A stretch of 64,000 nucleotides of DNA from Macrostomum lignano (taxonomy: Eukaryota): the NCBI GenBank assembly GCA_002269645.1, contig NIVC01000886.1, positions 186,001 through 250,000 of the forward strand, given 5' to 3'. The notes under the pieces are model-generated. The model was not told where the DNA came from. It worked only from the letters and a program-made list of their open reading frames with translations, and searched no databases. The translations under genes and the position numbers were made by a program. Positions 42,401-56,399 of the stretch are shown piece after piece (the stretch's first letter is position 1; every line of letters begins with the position of its first letter).

Positions 42401-42704
42401 GTAGGGGAGGAAGGGGCAGGAATGGGATCTGAGAAGTGCATCCCCACCGAAGAGTCAAGTGTGCATCAGAGCTAGAATGCTAGCAGACTCATCTGCAGAG
42501 CGGAACATTTGCAGAAATGCTTTATTTTCCCAAAGCAAACATTATTGTAACGCAGTAATTTTTTCCCAGGAAGAAACTAAATACCCCTTAACGTTACAGT
42601 TGGAAGGACTGCACAAATTAATAAATGATAAGTTAGCCGTATTGCTTACTGAATATTCTTCTAGTGGAAAACCCGGCTTTTACTGCATTTAGCGGGAAAA
42701 TTTG

Positions 42705-44385
42705 AAATGCGTCAGTAGATTCTAATTGAAATGTGTCAGTAGATTCTAATTGAAATGTGTCAGTAGATTCTAATTGAAATGTGTCAGTAGATTCTAATTG
42801 AAATTTGTCAGTAAATTCTAATTGAAATGTGTCAGTAGATTCTAATTGAAATTTGTCAGTAAATTCTAATTGAAATGTGTCAGTAGATTCTGATTAAAAT
42901 GTGTCAGTAGATTCTAATTGAAATTTGTCAGTAAATTCTAATTGAAATGTGTCAGTAGATTCTAATTGAAATGTGTCAGTAGATTCTAATTGAAATGTGT
43001 CAGTAGATTCTAATTGAAATTTGTCAGTAAATTCTAATTGAAATGTGTCAGTAGATTCTGATTAAAATGTGTCAGTAGATTCTAATTGAAATGCGTCAGT
43101 AGATTCTAATGGAAATGTGTCAGTAGATTCTAATGGAAATGTGTCAGTAGACTCTAAGTGAAATGTGTCAGTAGATTCTAATTGAAATGTGTCAGTAGAC
43201 TCTAATTGAAATGTGTCAGTAGATTCTAATTGAAATGTGTCAGTAGATTCTAATTGAAATGTGTCAGTAGACTCTAATTGAAATGTGTCAGTAGATTCTA
43301 ATTGAAATGTGTCAGTAGATTCTAATTGAAATGTGTCAGTAGACTCTAATTGAAATGTGTCAGTAGATTCTAGTTGAAATGCGTCAGTAGATTCTAATTG
43401 AAATGTGTCAGTAGACTCTAATTGAAATGTGTCAGTAGATTCTAGTTGAAATGCGTCAGTAGATTCTAATTGAAATGTGTCAGTAGATTCTAATTGAAAT
43501 GTGTCAGTAGATTCTAATTGAAATGTTTCAGTAGACTCTAATTGAAATGTGTCAGTAGATTCTAATTGAAATGTGTCAGTAGATTCTAATTGAAATGTTT
43601 CAGTAGACTCTAATTGAAATGTGTCAGTAGAATCTAAGTGAAATGTGTCAGTAGATTCTAATTAGGATTTGTCAGTAGATTCTTATTGAAATGCGTCAGT
43701 AGATTCTAATTGAAATGTGTCAGTAGATTCTAATTGAAATTTGTCAGTAATTTCTAATTGAAATGTGTCAGTAGATTCTAATTGAAATTTGTCAGTAATT
43801 TCTAATTGAAATGTGTCAGTAGATTCTAATTGAAATGTGTCAGTAGATTCTAATGGAAATGTGTCAGTAGACTCTAATTGAAATGTGTCAGTAAATTCTA
43901 ATTGAAATGTGTCAGTAGAATCTGATTGAAATGTGTTAGTAAATTCTAATTGAAATGTGTCAGTAGAATCTGATTGAAATGTGTCAGTAAATTCTAATTG
44001 AAATGTGTCAGTAGATTCTAATTGAAATGTGTCAGTAGATTCTAATTGAAATGTGTCAGAATTTTCTAATTGAAATGTGTCAGTAGATTCTAATGGAAAT
44101 GTGTCAGTAGACTCTAATTGAAATGTGTCAGTAGATTCTAATTGAAATGTGTCAGTAGATTCTAATTGAAATGTGTCAGTAGATTCTAATTGAAATGTGT
44201 CAGTAGATTCGGATTGAAATGTTTCAGTAGATTCTAGTTGAAATGTGTCAGTAGATTCTAATTGAAATGTGTCAGTAGATTCTAATTGAAATATGTCAGT
44301 AGATTCGGATTGAAATGTGTCAGTAGATTCTAGTTGAAATGTGTCAGTAGATTCTAATTGAAATGTGTCAGTAGATTCCAATGAA
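42705..44385. repeat. 24-bp minisatellite, about 70 copies
   Basis: Unit gtgtcagtagattctaattgaaat. Confidence 0.97.
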
Positions 44386-44528
44386 AAGTTGTCAGCAGAT
44401 GAGTAGATAAGTCAGGTTTCAGTGAAAGTCAAAGAAAAAAGTGTGTCAGGTAGTGCTTGTCAGCTGAAACAGTCTGTGTCAGATTCATAAACCAAGTGAG
44501 TTTATGACCCTCCGCCCGCCACCCGCAG

Positions 44529-45172
44529 CCGCTGCCACTGTAGCGAGTTGCGAAGCGACCGAACGAAATCTGCAGCAGCGCAGAGCCGAGATGGAGGAGG
44601 CGGCCATCGAGCTGCGCCAGTGGGAGCAGCTGTGCCGCCAGACCGAGTCGCTGCTCAGTCAAGTCGCCGACGGCCCGGCGCCGCCGCCAACAGAGCTGGT
44701 CCGACAGCTCGAGAGTCTCATCGACAGCGGCGAACTGCTCAGATCCAAGTACTCCGGAGAGGACACTCAACCGCTGCGTCAGAGACTCGCTCGACTGTCG
44801 GCGACTCTTGCCGGCATTCGAGGAGCTGGCGGCGGAGCTGCGGCGACCTCCTGCAGCAACGGAGCGGCGCTCGAGGACGACTCGCAGCCGCCGCCACAGC
44901 CGCCGCCACAGCCGCCGCCGAAACCCAACGCTGCGGTGGTGGCGGCCGCGGCGGCCAGGCGTCGACGAGAGAGCGGCGGCGGCGATCCCGACGGCTGCGA
45001 CCGGCTGGCCAACGGGGCCGCTGAGGATGCAAGCAAAACGGGAGATGCTGCGGCCGGTGATGAGGCCACAGTGGCAAAACTGGAGACCAGGGCCGCCTGC
45101 TGGGAGGAGCGGCTGGCGGCTGCGGCTGCGGGAACTGCGGAAGATGGAGGAGGAGAGGACGCGTGGCTGAAG
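44529..45172 (+). CDS. Dys: Dystrophin exon E6: end of R20, R21, low-complexity insert, start of R22 (phase 1-0)
   Basis: Acceptor ccgcccgccacccgcag and donor AAG|GTGAGG. NLQQRRAEMEE...QWEQLCRQTESLLSQV resembles human HLQNRRQQLNE...QWLEAKEEAEQVLGQA, and KYSGEDT (YSGEDT at 44750-44767) resembles DYSADDT of R21 (recalled sequences). Confidence 0.85.
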
Positions 45173-45204
45173 GTGAGGCTGGGGTTGCGACTGTCAGTGC
45201 TGCG

Positions 45205-45467
45205 ACTGTGTGCTCAGGGATCTGTGTGCTCAGGGATCTGTGTGCTCAGGGATCTGTGTGCTCAGGGATCTGTGTGCTCAGGGATCTGTGTGCTCAGGGA
45301 TCTGTGTGCTCAGGGATCTGTGTGCTCAGGGATCTCTGTGTGCTCAGGGATATGTGTGCTCAGGGATCTCTGTGTGCTCAGGGATATGTGTGCTCAGGGA
45401 TATGTGTGCTCAGGGATATGTGTGCTCAGGGATCTGTGTGCTCAGGGATCTCTGTGTGCTCAGGGAT
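45205..45467. repeat. 16-bp minisatellite
   Basis: Unit gggatctgtgtgctca; starts about 30 nt after the E6 donor. Confidence 0.95.
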
Positions 45468-46139
45468 CCTCGGCCACTCGCAGATAACCAGATGCACTTT
45501 CTACAAAATAGTAATCTTATTAGCATTCATTCCTAAGCATTTTAGGAGTTTTCTCCCAGCGTCTGTTTGCAAATCATCCCAAAGGACCATTGTGGGCAGC
45601 ACAGGCCATCTCGCGGCAGGATGTCCATGAGTCGGATATAAATTTTCCAACCCTCGGGGGGTCCGGCTTGGGGAACCCAGAATCGACTTGGGTATTGGGT
45701 TACAGTCCAGCCCTCCCTAAGTCTGGGCTACCAGTTCACTCTAATTTGTGACACTGCATCCGCCCTAATTGCATGACATGCTCCTCAGCCAGTCACCATC
45801 CTCTCGTGCACAAAGATGTCCGAGATGAACTCAGTAGGCAAACCCAGAGAGACAGCAAAAAAGTTGCTACTTGCATAACGAAAAGTTACCAATTAACTCT
45901 TTATGAAGATGGCGTTTGGGGGGAGGCAAAGCTATTGACTATGCTCTGTAGTGACTACTAGTGGGTTTTGCAAAAATTATTCAAATAAAGTAATTTCCAG
46001 CCAAAAATGATTCGCTTTTTCTACTGAAAGTAGCTAGTTCGCAAACTTATGGGTTTTGCTTTCATTAACAATATTTTTCAAATTAAATAGAATTCTAGTC
46101 TACTACTCACTTTTTTCGTTTTCCTCTTCATCTTACTCT

Positions 46140-48464
46140 ATCCACTCTCTCCAACCGCTCTCTCCATCCGCTCTCTCCATCCGCTCTCTCTCCATCCGCT
46201 CTCTCCATCCGCTCTCTCCATCCGCTCTCTCCATCCGCTCTCTCCATCCGCTCTCTCCATCCGCTCTCTCCATCCGCTCTCTCCATCCGCTCTCTCCATC
46301 CGCTCTCTTTCCATCCGCTCTCTCCATTCGCTCTCTCAATCCGCTCTCTTCATCCGCTCTCTCCATCCGCTCTCTCCATCCGCTCTCTCCATCCGCTCTC
46401 TCCATCCGCTCTCTTTCCATCCGCTCTCTCCATTCGCTCTCTCAATCCGCTCTCTTCATCCGCTCTCTCCATCCGCTCTCTCCATCCGCTCTCTCAATCC
46501 GCTCTCTCCATCCGCTCTCTCTCCATCCGCTCTCTCCATCCGCTCTCTCCATCCGCTCTCTCTCCATCCGCTCTCTCCATCCGCTCTCTCCATCCGCTCT
46601 CTCCATCCGCTCTCTCCATCCGCTCTCTCTCCATCCGCTCTCTCCATCCGCTCTCTCCATCCGCTCTCTCCATTCGCTCTCTCCATCCGCTCTCTCCATT
46701 CGCTCTCTCAATCCGCTCTCTCCATCCGCTCTCTCCATCCGCTCTCTCAATCCGCTCTCTTCATCCGCTCTCTCCATCCGCTCTCTCCATCCGCTCTCTC
46801 CATCCGCTCTCTCCATCCGCTGTCTCCATCCGCTCTCTCCATCCGCTGTCTCCATCCGCTGTCTCCATCCGCTCTCTCCATCCACTCTCTCTATCCGCTC
46901 TCTCCATCCGCTCTCTCCATCCGCTCTCTCCATCCGCTCTCTCCATCCGCTCTCTCCATCCGCTCTCTCAATCCACTCTCTCCATCCGCTCTCTCCATCC
47001 GCTCTCTCCATCCGCTCTCTCCATCCGCTCTCTCCATCCGCTCTCTCCATCCGCTGTCTCCATCCGCTCTCTCCATCCACTCTCTCTATCCGCTCTCTCC
47101 ATCCGCTCTCTCCATCCGCTCTCTCCATCCGCTCTCTCCATCCGCTCTCTCCATCCGCTCTCTCAATCCACTCTCTCCATCCGCTCTCTCCATCCGCTCT
47201 CTCCATCCGCTCTCTCCATCCGCTCTCTCAATCCACTCTCTCCATCCGCTCTCTCCATCCGCTCTCTCCATCCGCTCTCTCCATCCGCTCTCTCCATCCG
47301 CTGTCTCCATCCGCTGTCTCCATCCGCTCTCTCCATCCACTCTCTCTATCCGCTCTCTCCATCCGCTCTCTCCATCCGCTCTCTCCATCCGCTCTCTCCA
47401 TCCGCTCTCTCCATCCGCTCTCTCAATCCACTCTCTCCATCCGCTCTCTCCATCCGCTCTCTCCATCCGCTCTCTCCATCCGCTCTCTCCATCCGCTCTC
47501 TCCATCCGGTCTCTCTCCATCCGCTCTCTCCATCCGCTCTCTCCATCCGCTCTCTCTCCATCCGCTCTCTCCATCCGCTCTCTCCATCCGCTCTCTCCAT
47601 CCACTCTCTCCATCCGCTCTCTCTCCATCCGCTCTCTCCATCCGCTCTCTCCATAAGCTCTCTTCATCCGCTCTCTCCATCCGCTCTCTCCATCCGCTCT
47701 ATCCATCCGCTCTCTCCATCCGCTCTCTCCATCCGCTCTCTCCCCGGTTTTGTTCTCAATTCCATCCGCTCTCTCCATCCGGTCTCTCTCCATCCGCTCT
47801 CTCCATCCGCTCTCTCCATCCGCTCTCTCAATCCGCTCTCTTCATCCGCTCTCTCCATCCGCTCTCTCCATCCACTCTCTCCATCCGCTCTCTCTCTCCA
47901 TCCGCTCTCTCCATCCGCTCTCTCCATCCGCTCTCTCCATCCGCTCTCTCCATCCGCTCTCTCCATCCGGTCTCTCTCCATCCGCTCTCTCCATCCGCTC
48001 TCTCCATCCGGTCTCTCTCCATCCGCTCTCTCCATCCGCTCTCTCCATCCGCTCTCTCCATCCACTCTCTCCATCCGCTCTCTCTCCATCCGCTCTCTCC
48101 ATCCGCTCTCTCCATCCGCTCTCTTCATCCGCTCTCTCCATCCGCTCTCTCCATCCGCTCTCTCCATCCGCTCTCTCCATCCGCTCTCTCCATCCGCTCT
48201 CTCCCCGGTTTTGTTCTCAATTCCATCCGCTCTCTCCATCCGGTCTCTCTCCATCCGCTCTCTCCATCCGCTCTCTCCATCCGCTCTCTCAATCCGCTCT
48301 CTTCATCCGCTCTCTCCATCCGCTCTCTCCATCCACTCTCTCCATCCGCTCTCTCTCCATCCGCTCTCTCCATCCGCTCTCTCCATCCGCTCTCTCCATC
48401 CGCTCTCTCCATCCGCTCTCTCCGACCGCTCTCTCCATCCGCTCTCTCTCCATCCGCTCTCTCC
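46140..48464. repeat. 13-bp (CCATCCGCTCTCT)n array, block 1
   Basis: Direct reading; a marker ccccggttttgttctcaattcc recurs 459 bp apart. Confidence 0.97.
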
Positions 48465-49009
48465 AACTCGGGTCACAAATATGTCTCTCCCCTATTCGCT
48501 TCAATAGAATTTTCCGTAACATACTCGTAACTTTTCTTAACCTTTATGAGCTGCTTGAGCTACAAAAAAATTCTTGGGTCATTCTTCGAGTCCTTGAGCA
48601 GAAATGTTTCTTGTATGAAAGAAAGGAAAGCTGTTTCATTGCTCTTCCTGCCTCTTCTCGAAGAGGGGTCTGTCGGATCCCCAAGTTTACTGCTTTACTC
48701 CATATTTCATTGCCAAGCCAAGGAGTTTGAGGTGAAGGCACATTGGCTTGCATTGCTGAGTTATGACTTTCCCAAGCAGCCTGTAACTTCAGCCCACAAA
48801 AATGGGGAAAAATTTCTGTTCGAAGGCAAACAGCTTACAGTATAGTAAAGGTTTTGGGGAGAAATATGAGAGAATTTATTATTAATGCGCTGAGTATTGC
48901 GGCCTCGAATGGGCTAACGAATATATGCTACCCTATATTTAGAGTGAAAGAACTCGATGATTTAAGTAGGTCCTGTTAGTCCTCTCTGATTAAAGAGACA
49001 GAATTATTT

Positions 49010-49742
49010 CTAGTTGGAGTGACAGAATTCTCTCTAATTGGAGTGACCGATTTCTCTCTAATCAGAGTGACGGAATTCTCCCTGATTAGAGTGACAGAAC
49101 TCTCTTGAACCAGAGTGACAGAATTCTATCTAATCAGAGTGACAGAATTCTCTCTAATCAGAGTTACAGAGTTCTATCTAATCAGAGTGACTGAACTCTA
49201 TCTAATCAGAGTGAGTGAACTCTGTCTAATCAGAGTGACAGAATTCTATCTAATCAGAGTGACTGAACTCTCTCTAACCAGAGTGACTGAACTCTCTCTA
49301 ACCAGAGTGACAGAATTCTCCCTGATTAGAGTGACAGAACTCTCTTGAACCAGAGTGACAGAATTCTATCTAATCAGAGTGACAGAACTCTCTCTAATCA
49401 GAGTGACAGAATTCTCTCTAATCAAAGTGACAGAACTCTCTCTAATCAGAGTGACAGAATTCTCTCTAATCAAAGTGACAGAACTCTCTCTAATTAGAGT
49501 GACAGAATTCTCTCTAATCAGAAAAGATTCCTTACTAATCAGAGTGACAGATTTTTCTCTAATCAGAGTGACAGAACTCTCTCTAAACAGAGTGACAGAA
49601 CTCTCTCTAACCAGAGTGACAGAACTCTCTCTAACCAGAGTGACAGAACTCTCTCTAATCAGAGTGACAGAACTCTCTAAACAGAGTGACAGAACTCTCT
49701 CTAACCAGAGTGACAGAACTCTCTCTAACCAGAGTGACAGAT
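49010..49742. repeat. 24-bp minisatellite (copy 1)
   Basis: Unit cagagtgacagaa(c/t)tctctctaat. Confidence 0.95.
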
Positions 49743-50348
49743 TTCAGCTGTAGATAAGATTAGCAAACTAATAGAACGCCAAAAGATGCTCAGTATAACT
49801 TTTAACTATTCGAAAACAACCAGAAAGTCAAACCCAAAAACCCTTCAATGCTCGCATACAAAGAACATCTAATCTAATATCAGAGAAGAATGAGAACAGA
49901 GCGGTCTCGGGGGGGTCAGCTGCAGGTCCGCCAACTCCTTGACTACTAGCTGGCTAACCTGATTAGCCGCTCAGATAGAAAATATAATTTCCATAGCGGC
50001 TGCTCCAGCGGGCATTTTTGGACGACAATAAAAGTACACAACCTTCTCCGTCTCTCTTCCCCCGTGTGCGGGGAGCAGGGTTGGGGCTCGCTCAGATCCG
50101 CAATAATATTATCGATCGGTGGACAACTTTGTCAAGCGTCTTGAAAGATCAAGAGAGCTGGAATGTACTTTTCGTTGAGCTCAGCCTGTGTGCGGGATAT
50201 TTTACTGCCAGCAGGGAGTCTGAGAGAAATTGAATTATCGAAGAAAAGTTGTGAAGGTCTCAACTTTTCTTTTACGTGTATGAGCTCATTTGAGCGGCTT
50301 TGTTTACAGAATGACTTTAATATTGGTCTCATATGTTCGGCTCTCCTT

Positions 50349-50948
50349 CCGCTCTCTCCATCCGCTCTCTCCATCCGCTCTCTCCATCCGCTCTCTCCAT
50401 CCGCTCTCTCTCCATCCGGTCTATCCATCCGCTCTCTCCATCCGCTTTATCCATCCGCTCTCTCCATCCGCTCTCTCCATCCGCTCTCTCCATCCGCTCT
50501 CTCCATCCGCTCTCTCCATCCGCTCTCTCCATCCGCTCTCTCCATCCGCTCTCTCCATCCGCTCTCTCCATCCGCTCTCTCCATCCGCTCTCTCCATCCG
50601 CTCTCTCCATCCGCTCTCTCCATCCGCTCTCTCCATCCGCTCTCTCCATCCGCTCTCTCCATCCGCTCTCTCCATCCGCTCTCTCCATCCGCTCTCTCCA
50701 TCCGCTCTCTCCATCCGCTCTCTCCATCCGCTCTCTCCATCCGCTCTCTCCATCCGCTCTCTCCATCCGCTCTCTCCATCCGCTCTCTCCATCCGCTCTC
50801 TCCATCCGCTCTCTCCATCCGCTCTCTCCATCCGCTCTCTCCATCCGCTCTCTCCATCCGCTCTCTCCATCCGCTCTCTCCATCCGCTCTCTCCATCCGC
50901 TCTCTCCATCCGCTCTCTCCATCCGCTCTCTCTCCATCCGCTCTCTCC
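50349..50948. repeat. 13-bp (CCATCCGCTCTCT)n array, block 2
   Basis: Direct reading; it forms the junction of the 2484-bp duplication. Confidence 0.97.
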
Positions 50949-51493
50949 AACTCGGGTCACAAATATGTCTCTCCCCTATTCGCTTCAATAGAATTTTCCG
51001 TAACATACTCGTAACTTTTCTTAACCTTTATGAGCTGCTTGAGCTACAAAAAAATTCTTGGGTCATTCTTCGAGTCCTTGAGCAGAAATGTTTCTTGTAT
51101 GAAAGAAAGGAAAGCTGTTTCATTGCTCTTCCTGCCTCTTCTCGAAGAGGGGTCTGTCGGATCCCCAAGTTTACTGCTTTACTCCATATTTCATTGCCAA
51201 GCCAAGGAGTTTGAGGTGAAGGCACATTGGCTTGCATTGCTGAGTTATGACTTTCCCAAGCAGCCTGTAACTTCAGCCCACAAAAATGGGGAAAAATTTC
51301 TGTTCGAAGGCAAACAGCTTACAGTATAGTAAAGGTTTTGGGGAGAAATATGAGAGAATTTATTATTAATGCGCTGAGTATTGCGGCCTCGAGTGGGCTA
51401 ACGAATATATGCTACCCTATATTTAGAGTGAAAGAACTCGATGATTTAAGTAGGTCCTGTTAGTCCTCTCTGATTAAAGAGACAGAATTATTT

Positions 51494-52226
51494 CTAGTTG
51501 GAGTGACAGAATTCTCTCTAATTGGAGTGACCGATTTCTCTCTAATCAGAGTGACGGAATTCTCCCTGATTAGAGTGACAGAACTCTCTTGAACCAGAGT
51601 GACAGAATTCTATCTAATCAGAGTGACAGAATTCTCTCTAATCAGAGTTACAGAGTTCTATCTAATCAGAGTGACTGAACTCTATCTAATCAGAGTGAGT
51701 GAACTCTGTCTAATCAGAGTGACAGAATTCTATCTAATCAGAGTGACTGAACTCTCTCTAACCAGAGTGACTGAACTCTCTCTAACCAGAGTGACAGAAT
51801 TCTCCCTGATTAGAGTGACAGAACTCTCTTGAACCAGAGTGACAGAATTCTATCTAATCAGAGTGACAGAACTCTCTCTAATCAGAGTGACAGAATTCTC
51901 TCTAATCAAAGTGACAGAACTCTCTCTAATCAGAGTGACAGAATTCTCTCTAATCAAAGTGACAGAACTCTCTCTAATTAGAGTGACAGAATTCTCTCTA
52001 ATCAGAAAAGATTCCTTACTAATCAGAGTGACAGATTTTTCTCTAATCAGAGTGACAGAACTCTCTCTAAACAGAGTGACAGAACTCTCTCTAACCAGAG
52101 TGACAGAACTCTCTCTAACCAGAGTGACAGAACTCTCTCTAATCAGAGTGACAGAACTCTCTAAACAGAGTGACAGAACTCTCTCTAACCAGAGTGACAG
52201 AACTCTCTCTAACCAGAGTGACAGAT
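51494..52226. repeat. 24-bp minisatellite (copy 2, part of the duplication)
   Basis: Matches 49010-49742 at offset 2484. Confidence 0.95.
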
Positions 52227-52831
52227 TTCAGCTGTAGATAAGATTAGCAAACTAATAGAACGCCAAAAGATGCTCAGTATAACTTTTAACTATTCGAAAA
52301 CAACCAGAAAGTCAAACCCAAAAACCCTTCAATGCTCGCATACAAAGAACATCTAATCTAATATCAGAGAAGAATGAGAACAGAGCGGTCTCGGGGGGGT
52401 CAGCTGCAGGTCCGCCAACTCCTTGACTACTAGCTGGCTAACCTGATTAGCCGCTCAGATAGAAAATATAATTTCCATAGCGGCTGCTCCAGCGGGCATT
52501 TTTGGACGACAATAAAAGTACACAACCTTCTCCGTCTCTCTTCCCCGTGTGCGGGGAGCAGGGTTGGGGCTCGCTCAGATCCGCAATAATATTATCGATC
52601 GGTGGACAACTTTGTCAAGCGTCTTGAAAGATCAAGAGAGCTGGAATGTACTTTTCGTTGAGCTCAGCCTGTGTGCGGGATATTTTACTGCCAGCAGGGA
52701 GTCTGAGAGAAATTGAATTATCGAAGAAAAGTTGTGAAGGTCTCAACTTTTCTTTTACGTGTATGAGCTCATTTGAGCGGCTTTGTTTACAGAATGACTT
52801 TAATATTGGTCTCATATGTTCGGCTCTCCTT

Positions 52832-53790
52832 CCGCTCTCTCCATCCGCTCTCTCCATCCGCTCTCTCCATCCGCTCTCTCCATCCGCTCTCTCTCCATCC
52901 GGTCTATCCATCCGCTCTCTCCATCCGCTCTATCCATCCGCTCTCTCCATCCGCTCTCTCCATCCGCTCTCTCCATCCGCTCTCTCCATCCGCTCTCTCC
53001 ATCCGCTCTCTCCATCCGCTCTCTCCATCCGCTCTCTCCATCCGCTCTCTCCATCCGCTCTCTCCATCCGCTCTCTCCATCCGCTCTCTCCATCCGCTCT
53101 CTCCATCCGCTCTCTCCATCCGCTCTCTCCATCCGCTCTCTCCATCCGCTCTCTCCATCCGCTCTCTCCATCCGCTCTCTCCATCCGCTCTCTCCATCCG
53201 CTCTCTCCATCCGCTCTCTCCATCCGCTCTCTCCATCCGCTCTCTCCATCCGCTCTCTCCATCCGCTCTCTCCATCCGCTCTCTCCATCCGCTCTCTCCA
53301 TCCGCTCTCTCCATCCGCTCTCTCCATCCGCTCTCTCCATCCGCTCTCTCCATCCGCTCTCTCCATCCGCTCTCTCCAACCGCTCTCTCCATCCGCTCTC
53401 TCCATCCGCTCTCTCCATCCGCTCTCTCCATCCGCTCTCTCCATCCGCTCTCTCCATCCGCTCTCTCCATCCGCTCTCTCCATCCGCTCTCTCCATCCGC
53501 TCTCTCCATCCGCTCTCTCCATCCGCTCTCTCCATCCGCTCTCTCCATCCGCTCTCTCCATCCGCTCTCTCCATCCGCTCTCTCCATCCGCTCTCTCCAT
53601 CCGCTCTCTCCATCCGCTCTCTCCATCCGCTCTCTCCATCCGCTCTCTCCATCCGCTCTCTCCATCCGCTCTCTCCATCCGCTCTCTCCATCCGCTCTCT
53701 CCATCCGCTCTCTCCATCCGCTCTCTCCCCGGTTTTATTCTCAATTCCATCCGCTCTCTCCCTTTGTTCTTTCCTTCACTCTCATCCGCT
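52832..53790. repeat. 13-bp (CCATCCGCTCTCT)n array, block 3
   Basis: Direct reading. Confidence 0.97.
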
Positions 53791-54857
53791 CTCTCCTCCT
53801 CAACTGTAAGTGGCCAGGTGCGCAGGCAGCGGTGCATCAGCTGCAATCCTAAGGCTGAGTACTCACCAGATGCAGTGCTTTGCAGCCCAGACCAGCTACC
53901 CTAAATTGCTTGCCTACTACAAAGCACACCAAATCATGCAGGAAATCTCTGTCAAATATCAAAGACAGCTGATAAAAACTTCGTTGCTATGCTCATACCC
54001 TAAGATGCGCGCACACGCACTGTACTATAATTAAAGTCCAGAGATGAAACAGGCCTTAAGCTTGGAGGATATTGTGGATAGGGGATATGAACTTTTTTTT
54101 CAGTCTGCCATAGCAACTGCCAACATCGATTTTCTCCTTAGCTGTTGAAGAGGTGGAGAGCGAATGAGAGAGAGAGAGACGACGGGGAGAGAGGGGAGGG
54201 GAGAGAGGGGAGCAGAGATCAGTTATAGGACTGGTGGGAAAGACACGGTCAACACGGGAGGCCTGGGGTTCGCCATCCAGACCCATTTTCCGTCCCTGTC
54301 TCGGTGCTTGGATATACATATAGCTGGGCCTAGTTGGGAAAGTGCCGCCCACTGCCTAACCAGGACAGTAAGCGGAATTTCAACACAAAACTAAATGGCT
54401 TGATGGATTAGATTCCCGCCAGCAGTTTGCCAGCTCTGGATAAGAGAAAGTGCTTCTCTACGGACAAAAAATGCTGTTCGCAACAGTAGACAATCAATTG
54501 AAGACTTGTCGCATCCGATGGAGTTCGAAGGTCGCGAGTTCTGCACCGGCACTAAAATTAGCATCCTACTTCGAAGCATTCCGTTAGGCTAAATCATAGT
54601 TTTTTTAGCTTTAATTTATAGCAATAAATAAATACAAAGTTACATCAGTTAAATTATTTATAAATTATAGTTTATTAATAAAATATTTCGGAAAAAATAA
54701 AGACTAGTAGCAGAGTGGCTGCCGCACGGGAACAAAGACCGCCTCTGGCCAACAAGTGGCAGATAAATGCATGCGAGGAGATGCTGGACATCAGTCTCTG
54801 TCTGCACAGCCTGCTCATCTCGTTTGAGACCGTAGGTACTTTTCTGAGTTTGGGGGG

Positions 54858-55668
<811 letters not shown>

Positions 55669-56399
55669 CATAAAACTAACAGAGTGAACTATAAAATTGG
55701 AGAAAGAGCACCAGAATCCCAGATCTTCTTCCCATCGCTATAGTTGATCCTCTTATCAGATCAAATGTCCCCTTGGGGCCTTCTCTTCCCCTTTGCACCG
55801 ATCAATCTTATACTGCAGATTTGGAATCAGAAATATTTGCAAAGCATGTCCAGAAAGGCGAGCTCTGGGTGAAAGATCTGCACTGACCTCGTTTGAACCC
55901 CATGCAGTCGCGTACCTATACAGTGCCACCATAATATGCTTTTAAAACTTCCGCCCGCCAAGCGAAAGAGTGACTACGTACTTTTATTCCGAGAAAGTAT
56001 GCGATAAGTCGCTTTAATGTCATTCAGATTTTCACGCTTCGAATCTTTCTTTATCGAGGGAGGCCAAACCACACGAATGATGGATGTTGAATGCTACTGA
56101 AGTGAAATCCTAAAGCATCGAATTGAAAAACTGCCTTGGCAACTATTGGGAAGCTTAATAATGATCTGCTTGCGTTGCGTTGTTGCTTTGTAAAAAAAAT
56201 CTTCCAAAAGTTGCAACGAAATGCTTCTGAACTCTCTTGGTTGATGACACGACATGACAGGAGATTGACAGTAAATTCCACAACTTCTTGAGTAAATATC
56301 AATATATTCCCCGAGCGAATGTCTCTCCCCGATAAGAGTTGGTAGAACGTGTGCTCCGATCGTGTGGTCGGCTAACTTTACATCATAGACAAGATAAAC

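Larger units (their letters stand above)
48465..53440. repeat. Tandem segmental duplication, period 2484/2483 bp
   Basis: The unique block 48465-50348 is repeated at 50949-52831. Seen differences are one substitution (ctcgaat vs ctcgagt) and a 1-nt C-run indel near 50060. Each copy is bounded by the 13-bp array. Confidence 0.95.

Noticed and set aside
50096-50164. Spectrin-sounding peptide IRNNIIDRWTTLSSVLKDQESWN (duplicated near 52580-52647)
   Set aside because: Weak acceptor and donor, and the E6-E7 junction (WLK|DL) already aligns to dystrophin without it.
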